Notes under the pieces: generated by a model
What the model was told of the DNA's origin: nothing
Database searches by the model: none
What the model saw: the letters and a program-made list of their open reading frames with translations, nothing else
Position numbers and translations under genes: made by a program
Assembly (NCBI GenBank): GCA_944372205.1
Contig: CALVYM010000003.1
Span: 1-35,374, forward strand
DNA length: 35,374 bases
Direction of reading: 5' to 3'
DNA from: an uncultured Bacilli bacterium
GTDB lineage: Bacteria > Bacillota_I > Bacilli_A > RF39 > UBA660
In this document: positions 1-8,161 of the stretch, piece by piece
Layout of the letters: each line of letters begins with the position of its first letter
Position numbering within the stretch: the first letter of the stretch is position 1

Positions 1-561
1 TATAAATGATACTGTAAATTCCCATTCTTGTATTGTATCATCAGTACTTGATGTAGATATTATTTCATATAATTCTGCTACTTCATATAACCCACTTTTT
101 GTTGTTATATCAAATCCTGATACTCCTCCACTTGTTACATAATCTAGTCCATCTATACTTGTTACAGGATTATCATTTGGATCAAGAATAGTTAGTACTA
201 TTTCTGGTGTTTGTGCATCTGTTGTATAAATATAATTATTTGATTTTATATTAAAATAAACATAATAATTATATGTAGCATTATTATCTGTGGAGTTTGC
301 TCTTAGTATTGCAGAACCTACTGCAGTATCACTTAAGTTATCTCCACCCTCTACTACATTAAATTGAGTTGGATTTAAATTAATATCTTTATCAACTTCA
401 AATTTTAATATATCTACTGCATCACTTGTAACACTAGCATTTCCTCTTGCTTCATCTTGAAGATGAGCAATAATATATGCTAGTGTTGAACCAACACATA
501 GTATTAACACTGCTATTATTGTTAATATTATTTTTTTGTTCTTATCTAATTTTTGTTCCAT
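1..561 (-). CDS. Secreted/surface protein with SipW-class (TasA/camelysin-like) signal peptide; 3' end runs off the window
   Basis: Not in the ORF track. Manual translation from ATG 561: MEQKLDKNKKIILTIIAVLILCVGSTLAYIIAHLQDEARGNASVTSDAVDILKF..., open to base 1. SD AGGAGTGAG at 570-578. GSTLAY resembles the SipW cleavage region. Confidence 0.8.
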   Translation of the reverse strand, partial: MEQKLDKNKKIILTIIAVLILCVGSTLAYIIAHLQDEARGNASVTSDAVDILKFEVDKDINLNPTQFNVVEGGDNLSDTAVGSAILRANSTDNNATYNYYVYFNIKSNNYIYTTDAQTPEIVLTILDPNDNPVTSIDGLDYVTSGGVSGFDITTKSGLYEVAELYEIISTSSTDDTIQEWEFTVSFI

Positions 562-609
562 AAAACTGACTCACTCCTAATTTTTATTATTAACATATTC
601 TTTAATATT

Positions 610-670
610 ATTATAGACAAATTTTATCTAGGAGTCAATTAATTATAGACAAATTTTATCTAGGAGTCAA
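610..670 (-). promoter_or_regulatory. Two tandem sigmaA promoters, each with a palindromic operator in the spacer
   Basis: Each repeat unit reads TTGACT-N17-TATAAT on the minus strand. The imperfect palindrome TAGATAAAATTTGTCTA covers the spacer and the start of the -10. Confidence 0.8.
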
Positions 671-684
671 TTAATTATAGACAA
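610..684. repeat. 32-bp tandem repeat (2 exact copies plus a partial third)
   Basis: attatagacaaattttatctaggagtcaatta at 610-641 and 642-673, then attatagacaa at 674-684. Confidence 0.95.
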
Positions 685-705
685 TTTTTAACTATGTTTG
701 ACAAA

Positions 706-1323
706 TTATTTTATAATTGATTCTAATAAAGTAATTAATTCATCTTCCTTTATATTAGATGTTTCAATATCAAAATAAATATCATTATATTTAAATGTCA
801 CTATATAAATGGTATTATATTTTGAAATAACTAAATTAGTATTATTTATTATAGAAGGCTTACCATCATCTATAAAATAATCTCTAATTGGGGTATTCGT
901 CTTAGAATAAGCGATAGTTATTCTTCTTTCATCATTAAAGTATTCTATGACATAATTGTTAAATGTACCATCACTTAAGAATATTGCTAAACCATTCATT
1001 TTATTTAGATCGGTAGGAATAACTATATTAAGTAATTCATCATAAATTTCAACCATATAATTATTTTCAACTTTAATATCACTATCTAGAGCAGTTAAAT
1101 TCATATTATCTATTTCATTAATATAAATTTCTTTGGTATCATCAAATATATCTGGTTTATTATTATTAGTTATTAGAAATAAACTAATAATTAATAATAA
1201 ACATATAGGTATTAAGCTATATTTTAAATATTTCATATTTCTTTTATTCATCCTTTCTTTAATTATTTTTAAGTTTTCATCTTTGTTTATATGTTTATTA
1301 AATGATTTATTTATTATATTCAT
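706..1323 (-). CDS. Putative membrane-anchored anti-sigma factor
   Basis: Overlaps the 3' end of the ECF sigma gene. Short cytoplasmic N-terminus, one TM helix (aa ~33-52), extracellular domain ending ...DIETSNIKEDELITLLESII (DUF4367-like). Confidence 0.65.
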   Translation of the reverse strand: MNIINKSFNKHINKDENLKIIKERMNKRNMKYLKYSLIPICLLLIISLFLITNNNKPDIFDDTKEIYINEIDNMNLTALDSDIKVENNYMVEIYDELLNIVIPTDLNKMNGLAIFLSDGTFNNYVIEYFNDERRITIAYSKTNTPIRDYFIDDGKPSIINNTNLVISKYNTIYIVTFKYNDIYFDIETSNIKEDELITLLESIIK

Positions 1324-1828
1324 TTAAAGCCTCCTTTAACTCGGATAGGGTTCTGTATATATAATGTTTAACATTAGATTCTGTAATATTTAATTGTCTT
1401 GCTATTTCTTTTATTGATAGACCTAAATAATAGTATAAGAAAAATACTTTTTGAATTATTTCTTTTTTCTTTAAAAGATACTTCCATATATAATCGATAT
1501 CACTTGTTTTTAAGAAACTTGCTTCAATATCAATATCACTTTTTAAAGTGTCAATTAGTTCCATATTTTCTTTTTTAGAAAATATGGAAACTAAATTTAT
1601 CTTATATTTGAAGCGATAATATTTATTGATTTCATTTTTAGCAATACCAAAAAGATATGCACTAACATTTTCTATGTTATGATTAGCTTTTATTTTTTCA
1701 AATAAAGAAAGATAAATGTTTTGAATTAAATCATTAACATCATCTAAAGATTTAGCATGGATTACTACATACTTTAAAATATCATTATATGTTTCATTAT
1801 ATATTTCTTCTAGAGTTAACTCGTTCAT
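1307..1828 (-). CDS. ECF (sigma-70 group IV) RNA polymerase sigma factor
   Basis: Region 2 (DDVNDLIQNIYL...AYLFGIAKN) and region 4 HTH (LYYYLGLSIKEIARQLNITESNVKHYIYR). Start moved to ATG 1828, which follows SD GGAGGG. Confidence 0.9.
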   Translation of the reverse strand: MNELTLEEIYNETYNDILKYVVIHAKSLDDVNDLIQNIYLSLFEKIKANHNIENVSAYLFGIAKNEINKYYRFKYKINLVSIFSKKENMELIDTLKSDIDIEASFLKTSDIDYIWKYLLKKKEIIQKVFFLYYYLGLSIKEIARQLNITESNVKHYIYRTLSELKEALNEYNK

Positions 1829-1981
1829 CTTTACCCTCCATAATATAAGTTGAAATTTTTGTAAAAAAGTTCCAAAAAAATAAAAAGATTGCAAAATTTA
1901 AAAATTTGTTTTTCTTGTTAATTACCATTCTCTCTTTCTAATTTAATTTACTTAATTCAACTGCAATATTTTTAACTTCTT

Positions 1982-2008
1982 TGTCGAACCATGTCTAGTT
2001 TTGTCGAA
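1982..2008. promoter_or_regulatory. Array of three Spo0A (0A) boxes at 10-bp period
   Basis: TGTCGAA 1982-1988, TGTCTAG 1992-1998 (degenerate), TGTCGAA 2002-2008; 0A consensus is TGNCGAA. Confidence 0.7.
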
Positions 2009-2012
2009 TCGC

Positions 2013-2040
2013 TTGCAATATCAAAAATATCCTTTATAAT
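2013..2040 (+). promoter_or_regulatory. sigmaA promoter of the small-peptide mRNA
   Basis: TTGCAA (2013-2018)-N16-TATAAT (2035-2040). Confidence 0.7.
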
Positions 2041-2140
2041 AGATAACTGTTACCTGTATTGGTGCAGCGCCGACAATTTTCATATCCTCCTCGAGGGGGT
2101 CTAGTGATTCTTAAGAGAGTTTTAGGTATGGAGGTTGCTT

Positions 2141-2230
2141 ATGAGTGAAAAACTATTTTTTCAACTTGTGATAATCATCGTTATTATCATTTTTGGTAGT
2201 AACAATGACAAAGACGCCACTAGAAAGTAG
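2141..2230 (+). CDS. 29-aa hydrophobic peptide, putative type I toxin
   Basis: MSEKLFFQLVIIIVIIIFGSNNDKDATRK*. SD GGAGG at 2130-2134; single hydrophobic stretch plus charged tail; embedded in a highly structured transcript. Confidence 0.65.
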   Translation: MSEKLFFQLVIIIVIIIFGSNNDKDATRK

Positions 2231-2274
2231 CGTCGAAACCCAATTCGGCGTTACCCAATACGGGTAACACTTAT
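2208..2274 (-). ncRNA. Putative cis-antisense antitoxin RNA (~65 nt)
   Basis: Minus-strand promoter TTGCAT (2309-2304)-N17-TATATT (2286-2281) with TG extension. Terminator GACGCTAC-loop-GTGGCGTC-TTTGT at 2234-2208. Overlaps the 3' end of the peptide ORF. Confidence 0.55.
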
Positions 2275-2327
2275 AAATATAATATACCAAAAATTTAATA
2301 ATTATGCAATAAATTTATAAAATAAAT

Positions 2328-3509
2328 TTATAATATATCTTCAAATTGTTTTTCTTCTTCTTTAATTTTTATTACTTGTTTTTTACTTATTGCTTCATTA
2401 ATTAATTCTTCGTATGGTATTAGTTTTTCATATTCTAGACATTTACTAAGTTCTGGATTAATTACTGGATGTTCTGGAACAAATACAGTACAACAATCTT
2501 CATAAGGTAAAGTACTTATATCAAAAGTTTTAATTTTTTTAGCAATATCTATTATTTCTAATTTATCAAAACAAGCAACTGGTCTTATTACAGGCATATC
2601 TACAACATTATTTATAACAGACATACTAGTTAATGTTTGACTAGCTACTTGACCAATAGATTCACCATTTACTATTATTTTAGAGTTTTCACTTTTGGCA
2701 ATCCTCTCAGCAATTCTATACATCATTCTGCGCATTATAGTAATTAAATATTCATAAGGAATATTTCTTAAAATTGCTTCTTGAATTTTAGTAAAATTAA
2801 TAACATATAAAGTCATGTTGGGATTATATTTAGATAGAATGCGAGCAAGTTTAATAACTTTGTTTTTAGCTTCTTCACTTGTGTGTGGTGGTGATTCAAA
2901 ATAAAGAGCAGATAGTTTTACACCACGCTTTATTGTTAAGTAACCTGCAACTGGAGAATCTATTCCTCCGGAGAGCATAAGTAAGCCTTTACCTAAAGTT
3001 CCAACAGGATAACCACCAAGACCTGGGATACCGTTGGTATAATAAAGGATAGCATCTTTTCTAATTTCTATATGAATAGTTATTTCAGGATTATGAACAT
3101 CTACCTTGCATTCTTTATTTTTTAAAATAATTCCTCCGAGTGTTTTACTTACTTCCATACTATCCAATGGATAATCTTTATCACTTCTTTTAGTTTCGAC
3201 TTTAAATGTTTTAAATTCTTGCGTTTTAATTAAATCTAAAACATTTTTAGTAATAGTATTAAAATCTCTATCTTCATCGATAAAACCTATAACTATTTCA
3301 TGAATACCAAAGATATAAGATAAAACATCTATTGTTTTATCTATATTATCTTCACTAACAATAATAAACATTCTTCCTCGGTCATAATTAATTGTATGAT
3401 CCCACATTAAAGAAGAATCAATATTATTCTTGAGTGTCTTTAAAAAGAAATTAATATTAGCTTTTTTAGTAGATAATTCTGCATATTTTAAAATGATTAT
3501 TTTTTCCAT
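2328..3509 (-). CDS. thiI: tRNA 4-thiouridine(8) synthase ThiI
   Basis: THUMP domain, PP-loop LSGGIDSPVA, GESIGQVASQT, EDCC; next to a cysteine desulfurase. Confidence 0.97.
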   Translation of the reverse strand: MEKIIILKYAELSTKKANINFFLKTLKNNIDSSLMWDHTINYDRGRMFIIVSEDNIDKTIDVLSYIFGIHEIVIGFIDEDRDFNTITKNVLDLIKTQEFKTFKVETKRSDKDYPLDSMEVSKTLGGIILKNKECKVDVHNPEITIHIEIRKDAILYYTNGIPGLGGYPVGTLGKGLLMLSGGIDSPVAGYLTIKRGVKLSALYFESPPHTSEEAKNKVIKLARILSKYNPNMTLYVINFTKIQEAILRNIPYEYLITIMRRMMYRIAERIAKSENSKIIVNGESIGQVASQTLTSMSVINNVVDMPVIRPVACFDKLEIIDIAKKIKTFDISTLPYEDCCTVFVPEHPVINPELSKCLEYEKLIPYEELINEAISKKQVIKIKEEEKQFEDIL

Positions 3510-3518
3510 AAATCCCCT

Positions 3519-4646
3519 TTATTTAACTATTTTTAAACTATCATATACTTCACTAAAAATATTTAAAAATTTATTTATTTCATCAGTTGTTGTTGCATAA
3601 GATAAACTTATTCTAAGAGTATGTTTAGCTCTTTTTAAATCATCATAAATAGCCATAATACTATGAGATACTTCACCACTACTACACGCGGTATTTGTAG
3701 ATAAATATACTTCATATTTATCTAGAGCATTAATAAACACTTCTGGCATAATATCCATTATACTAATATTTAATATATGGGGTATTGAATATTTAGTTTT
3801 ATTGATTAAAATGTTGGGATATTTGCTTAGATTATTAACTACTTTTTCATTTAAAAGATTAACAAATCTTTCTTTTTTTTCTAAATCATTTAAAGCTAGT
3901 CTTAAAGCTTTAGATAAAGCTGCAATTAAAGGAAGTGGTGGTGTTCCAGGATTTAGAGCATTAGTTTTACCACTGCCATATAAAATTGGGGCAATATTAA
4001 CCATGCTACTTTTATATAAAAAGCCTATTCCTTTTGGTCCAAATATTTTATGAGCAGACATACTAGCTAGGTCAACATCATGGAAATTAACAGGCACTTT
4101 ACCTATTGCTTGAGTCATATCCGAATGAAGTAATGTTTTAGCATTTTCTTTTTTTATTATTTGTCTAATCATCTTTAGAGGTTGTCTTACTCCTGTTTCA
4201 CTATTAACGGCACAAATGCTTACTAAAATTGTATCTTCTCTTATTTTTCCTTTTAAATCATCAAAATCAATTAATCCTTCAGAATCATTATTAACATAAT
4301 CAATACTAAAGCCAATACTTTTTAAATAATCACAAATAGCATAAATACTTGGATGTTCTAGCTTTGAGACAATTATATGTTTTCCCATTTTGTGATACTT
4401 CATGGCAACACCAATTAAAGCCATATTATTAGCTTCTGTTGCTCCACTAGTATAAGTAATTTCACTTACATTTATATTTAAGATATCCGCAATTTGTTTT
4501 GTAGCACTTTCAAGAAGATTTGCTGATTTTCTTCCTAAAGCATTAATTGAATTAGCATTTCCTACAAATTCTTTGGTAACTTTTGAAATTGTATCAAATA
4601 CTTCATATGATACAGGAGTTGTTGCACTATAATCTAAATAAATCAT
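3519..4646 (-). CDS. iscS: Cysteine desulfurase (IscS/NifZ-like)
   Basis: IYLDYSATTP, TSGATEANN, PLP lysine motif SAHKIFGPKG, catalytic Cys in TACSS. Confidence 0.95.
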   Translation of the reverse strand: MIYLDYSATTPVSYEVFDTISKVTKEFVGNANSINALGRKSANLLESATKQIADILNINVSEITYTSGATEANNMALIGVAMKYHKMGKHIIVSKLEHPSIYAICDYLKSIGFSIDYVNNDSEGLIDFDDLKGKIREDTILVSICAVNSETGVRQPLKMIRQIIKKENAKTLLHSDMTQAIGKVPVNFHDVDLASMSAHKIFGPKGIGFLYKSSMVNIAPILYGSGKTNALNPGTPPLPLIAALSKALRLALNDLEKKERFVNLLNEKVVNNLSKYPNILINKTKYSIPHILNISIMDIMPEVFINALDKYEVYLSTNTACSSGEVSHSIMAIYDDLKRAKHTLRISLSYATTTDEINKFLNIFSEVYDSLKIVK

Positions 4647-5074
4647 TGATTAGCCTCCGCATTAGCAACATCAACTGAATCTTCACAAGTATTACCTGTT
4701 GGACTTAATAAACATTCTTCACAAGTAGCTATTTCACTCATTATATCTCCCGTAAAATTGGAAATAAATCCAAATACTAAATCAACTATTGTAGGTATAA
4801 AAAATATAACAACTCCAATTATAAGTCTTTTAAATAGTCCTTTTGCAGCTGATGATATTGCTTTATCATCACTTGATACTACTGCAGTTGCAAAATCAAT
4901 AACTCCTAGAACTATTATAATTAAAGGAATAACTATTTTTAAAGCTACTAAGAAATAACCAACAAACTGCCATATTGGAGCAGTTCTTCCACAAAAATTT
5001 AACTCAGCTGCAGATACATTAAGTGGTAAAAATAATATAACTAACAATATAAAACTAATAACTTTTAACTTCAT
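4643..5074 (-). CDS. Signal peptide + two-TM protein, TrbC/VirB2-like pilin architecture
   Basis: Signal peptide ending VSA, two hydrophobic helices separated by the short loop SSDDKAISSAAKGLFKR, four Cys; ATGA-coupled to iscS. Confidence 0.5.
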   Translation of the reverse strand: MKLKVISFILLVILFLPLNVSAAELNFCGRTAPIWQFVGYFLVALKIVIPLIIIVLGVIDFATAVVSSDDKAISSAAKGLFKRLIIGVVIFFIPTIVDLVFGFISNFTGDIMSEIATCEECLLSPTGNTCEDSVDVANAEANQ

Positions 5075-5083
5075 AATTCCTCC

Positions 5084-6799
5084 TTACTTGTATTCTTCAA
5101 GTAATCTTTTATATATTCCTGGTTCAACAATATTTATAGCATTAATAGCATTTTCTAAACTACTTTTAAAGTTACCTTTTAAGAAGTTATTTTCTGCTTT
5201 AATTAAATTAAAATCAACTTCTTTATTAGTAACACGATATCTATTGCCATAAACAATTGCCACCTCTGCCATCTTAGCTGTTTTAACTGTTTCATTTATA
5301 GTATTATAAACTTTTAAAACTAAATCTCTTGCAGTATCAACCCGAACATTTAATATTTTAATCGAAATTGGTCTTTTGTCAAGAGCTTTTATAAGTTCAT
5401 TAATCGCCGCCATGGCTTCAGATAATTCTACATAATAGTTTTTAGGAACATTTGGGAGTTTAAATGAACGAACCTTTTCTTTAGTTTGATTTAGAATTTT
5501 TTTGATTTCATCAAGTTGTTCTCTGGCCCTTAGTTCATCTTCTTTTAGGCTACCTAAACTTTTAAGTGCTCCATTTAATTTTTCTTCAGTTTTAACTAGT
5601 TTTGAATTAATCATTTCCATTTCTCTGGCAAGCTTACTAAATGGCATAATTTTACTTCTAGCAACATCTACTATTTTATCATAACTAGCTCTTATATTCA
5701 TTATTTCATCTTTAATTTCTGCAATTACAGAAACTTCATCATCTGTTAAATCATAACTATATTTAATATCATCAATCTTTTTATATAATTCATTATTAAT
5801 TTTTTCTAATTTAGTAGCTTTAATTAAGATACTTCTACTATAATCTTCATAAATCTTCTTACTTACTTTTTCTTTATCAAAATCATTATATAATGAATCA
5901 AAATAATCATGCATAGTCTTAAGTTCAAATAAAGAATCTTCAATATTAAGTACATTTAATCTTTGAAATATATCTAATATCTTTTTATTTGCCTCTTCTA
6001 TATTATAATCAATATTTAAATATTCTAAGTTATAGCCATCTTTCATCATTTTACTAGCAATATTTTTAATATCATCAATTTTTTTAGGTATTAGATTTTT
6101 ACCTAAATTAACTATTGGTCTAGTTTCTTCAATAACAGCTTTTAAATTATCAATTATATCTGATATAGCTTTAACTATTTTACCTACTTCAGTATAAGCA
6201 TTTTTTTCCATTGATGATTCAAATGCTTGAAATAACTTATCAACATTTTCAAATTGTAATTCTAAAGGAACTTTAATTATACTATATTCTTCTTCATAAT
6301 CTTTATAAGTATTATAAATATCTCGATATGTTGCTTTTAATTTAGTAATAGTTTCTCTATTTCGTTCTTCACTTAAAGTTACATCTTTGATTTCATCAAG
6401 TAAAAATCCTGCTTTAGTTTTTAAATTGTTCAGTTCAAAATCAACTTGTAACATTAAATTTTTCAAACTTTTATAATCTTTATCTTCAAATAATTCTTCT
6501 ATTTCATTAATTGTATCAGTAACTTTAGGTAATGCTACATCTTTTATTTCATTAAATCTTTTCTTCCAATTTTCTAATTTTTCTTTTAATTCATCATTAT
6601 TAACTAAAGCTTCAACTTTATTAAGTTCCGATAGCATACTTGCAGAAATTATTAAGTTCTTTTCTTTTTCAAGTTCATCTATTTCTTTTTTTAATTTATT
6701 TCTTTGTTTTTTACTTATTAAAGATAAAACAATTATAACCATAATTATTGTTAATATATAATAAGCAACTGCAATTAATAAAAAAGTTGTCCTTCCCAT
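5084..6799 (-). CDS. ezrA: Septation ring formation regulator EzrA
   Basis: N-terminal TM, long helical repeats, C-terminal YGNRYR patch, 571 aa, ezrA-iscS-thiI synteny. Confidence 0.92.
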   Translation of the reverse strand: MGRTTFLLIAVAYYILTIIMVIIVLSLISKKQRNKLKKEIDELEKEKNLIISASMLSELNKVEALVNNDELKEKLENWKKRFNEIKDVALPKVTDTINEIEELFEDKDYKSLKNLMLQVDFELNNLKTKAGFLLDEIKDVTLSEERNRETITKLKATYRDIYNTYKDYEEEYSIIKVPLELQFENVDKLFQAFESSMEKNAYTEVGKIVKAISDIIDNLKAVIEETRPIVNLGKNLIPKKIDDIKNIASKMMKDGYNLEYLNIDYNIEEANKKILDIFQRLNVLNIEDSLFELKTMHDYFDSLYNDFDKEKVSKKIYEDYSRSILIKATKLEKINNELYKKIDDIKYSYDLTDDEVSVIAEIKDEIMNIRASYDKIVDVARSKIMPFSKLAREMEMINSKLVKTEEKLNGALKSLGSLKEDELRAREQLDEIKKILNQTKEKVRSFKLPNVPKNYYVELSEAMAAINELIKALDKRPISIKILNVRVDTARDLVLKVYNTINETVKTAKMAEVAIVYGNRYRVTNKEVDFNLIKAENNFLKGNFKSSLENAINAINIVEPGIYKRLLEEYK

Positions 6800-6877
6800 A
6801 TTTATTCACCTTACATAATAAGTTTATCATATATTATAATTTTTTTAAAGCTTTAAATTGAATGAACAACAATTTAT

Positions 6878-7219
6878 TTAATTAATTTTATCAAAATATA
6901 TATAGCAAGTATCTGCTTGGGTAGCTTCAATCATAACTTGTTTAGTTTCACTATTAAAAGAAATATTACTACCATTTGTACAACCGGATTTCTCTTTATT
7001 ATATTCGAAATCTTCATTTAGCCAGTTATTATCAGTAACTTCTTCATATGTATTAGTATCAATGCCAGTTTCTCTAAGAAAAGTTATGATATTTGTATTA
7101 GTTTTTCTATTTATTTCTATACTACTATCGCTTTTAGGATATAGAAAAAATAAAGATATAATTAATAATCCCAATAAACAAATACATACTATCATTAAAT
7201 TAATTTTTCTTTTTATCAT
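6878..7219 (-). CDS. Small membrane-anchored extracellular protein with a Cys pair
   Basis: N-terminal TM followed by a beta-rich domain (SGCTNG...DTCYIYFD). Confidence 0.8.
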   Translation of the reverse strand: MIKRKINLMIVCICLLGLLIISLFFLYPKSDSSIEINRKTNTNIITFLRETGIDTNTYEEVTDNNWLNEDFEYNKEKSGCTNGSNISFNSETKQVMIEATQADTCYIYFDKIN

Positions 7220-7252
7220 AATTTATCCTTTCGCATTTATATTTATATATTA

Positions 7253-7281
7253 AGTATAGACAAAATTCATCTATAAAGCAA
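7253..7281 (-). promoter_or_regulatory. sigmaA promoter carrying the same operator palindrome as 610-670
   Basis: Minus strand TTGCTT-N17-TATACT with TAGATGAATTTTGTCTA in the same register as in the 610-670 promoters. Confidence 0.7.
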
Positions 7282-7343
7282 GTAAAATTAATAATATTTT
7301 CATTAAATGGACATATAATTAAGTAGATTAAATGGAGGGTATT

Positions 7344-7829
7344 ATGGTAAATAAACAAAATTTATGGTTTGTAACATTATTTTCATTAATTTTAGTATTA
7401 GGGATTTATTATGTTAGTATGGGGGATGAGACTCTTGCAACTCTTGCTGGAGACAATGATGTATCTGAGGTTGTAGAAGTAACAGAGTCTGATGTAATTG
7501 TAGCCTTGCAAGTTGAAGATGATGATAAAGTTTTAGAAGAAATGCAAGAATATCAAAATATCTTACTTGATACATCAGCAACACTTGAAGAGAAAAATGC
7601 CGCCTACGAGGGATTACAAGCCCTTAACAATAATCAGAGCGAATGCGAAAAAATAAGAAATTTAATTAATGAAGAGTTTAAATATGATAATTTTGTTAAA
7701 ATTGATGGGGATACAATTAGTATAGTTATTGCAAGTAGTAATCATAATACGGAAATTGCTAATAAAATAATTAGAGCAGTTCAAAAACTTTATGATACTC
7801 AAAAATATATTACAGTTAAATTTGAATAA
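7344..7829 (+). CDS. spoIIIAH: SpoIIIAH-like family protein
   Basis: KQNLWFVTLFSLILVLGIYY N-terminus, coiled coil and ring-building C-terminal domain. SD GGAGGG before ATG 7344; sigmaE-like CATATAAT at 7312-7319. Confidence 0.8.
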   Translation: MVNKQNLWFVTLFSLILVLGIYYVSMGDETLATLAGDNDVSEVVEVTESDVIVALQVEDDDKVLEEMQEYQNILLDTSATLEEKNAAYEGLQALNNNQSECEKIRNLINEEFKYDNFVKIDGDTISIVIASSNHNTEIANKIIRAVQKLYDTQKYITVKFE

Positions 7830-7836
7830 ATCCGGT

Positions 7837-7877
7837 ACCAAATAAAAAATACTTCATAAAATACTATGAAGTATTTT
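7837..7877 (+). promoter_or_regulatory. sigmaK-type promoter of gerE overlapping an inverted repeat (spoIIIAH terminator-like)
   Basis: AC (7837-7838)-N16-CATAAAATA (7855-7863). Hairpin aaaatacttcata-N6-tatgaagtatttt at 7846-7877. Confidence 0.55.
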
Positions 7878-7896
7878 ATTTTAGGAAGGGATAAAT

Positions 7897-8103
7897 ATGA
7901 ATAAAAAAATATTAACTGAAAGAGAGCAAGAAGTTTTTGAACTTTTAGTAATTAATAAAACAACTACGGAAATAGCTGAAAGTCTAGGAATCAGTGAAAA
8001 AACTGTACGTAATCATATATCTAATGCTATTCAAAAACTAGGAGTTAAAGGCAGAGCCCAAGCGGTTGTAGAATTAATTAAACTTGGAGAAATTTCAATT
8101 TAA
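7897..8103 (+). CDS. gerE: Sporulation transcription factor GerE (stand-alone LuxR HTH)
   Basis: LTEREQEVFELLVINKTTTEIAESLGISEKTVRNHISNAIQKLGVKGRAQAVVELIKLGEI closely matches GerE; upstream of gerM. Confidence 0.93.
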   Translation: MNKKILTEREQEVFELLVINKTTTEIAESLGISEKTVRNHISNAIQKLGVKGRAQAVVELIKLGEISI

Positions 8104-8104
8104 A

Positions 8105-8123
8105 TAAAGACTTCGGTCTTTTT
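8105..8123 (+). terminator. Intrinsic terminator after gerE
   Basis: aaagac-ttcg-gtcttt followed by T run. Confidence 0.75.
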
Positions 8124-8161
8124 CTTTATTTAAAGAAATATAATTAAACAGGTGTTTAATT

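Noticed and set aside
610-684. 32-bp repeats as a CRISPR array
   Set aside because: The copies are contiguous with no spacers, there are no cas genes, and the unit is explained as a promoter.
1797-1928. 43-codon minus-strand ORF (MVINKKNKFLNFAIFLFFWNFF...) overlapping the ECF start
   Set aside because: Weak SD, composition explained by A/T runs, and overlap with the sigma promoter and start; cannot be supported, though not strictly excluded.
2047-2270. Structured region as 6S RNA, a riboswitch or a MITE
   Set aside because: The arm mismatches are G:U-compatible on one strand (RNA rather than DNA inverted repeats). A strong-SD ORF and a convergent promoter/terminator fit a type I TA better, and no riboswitch core motif was recognised. 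An Rfam search is still needed.
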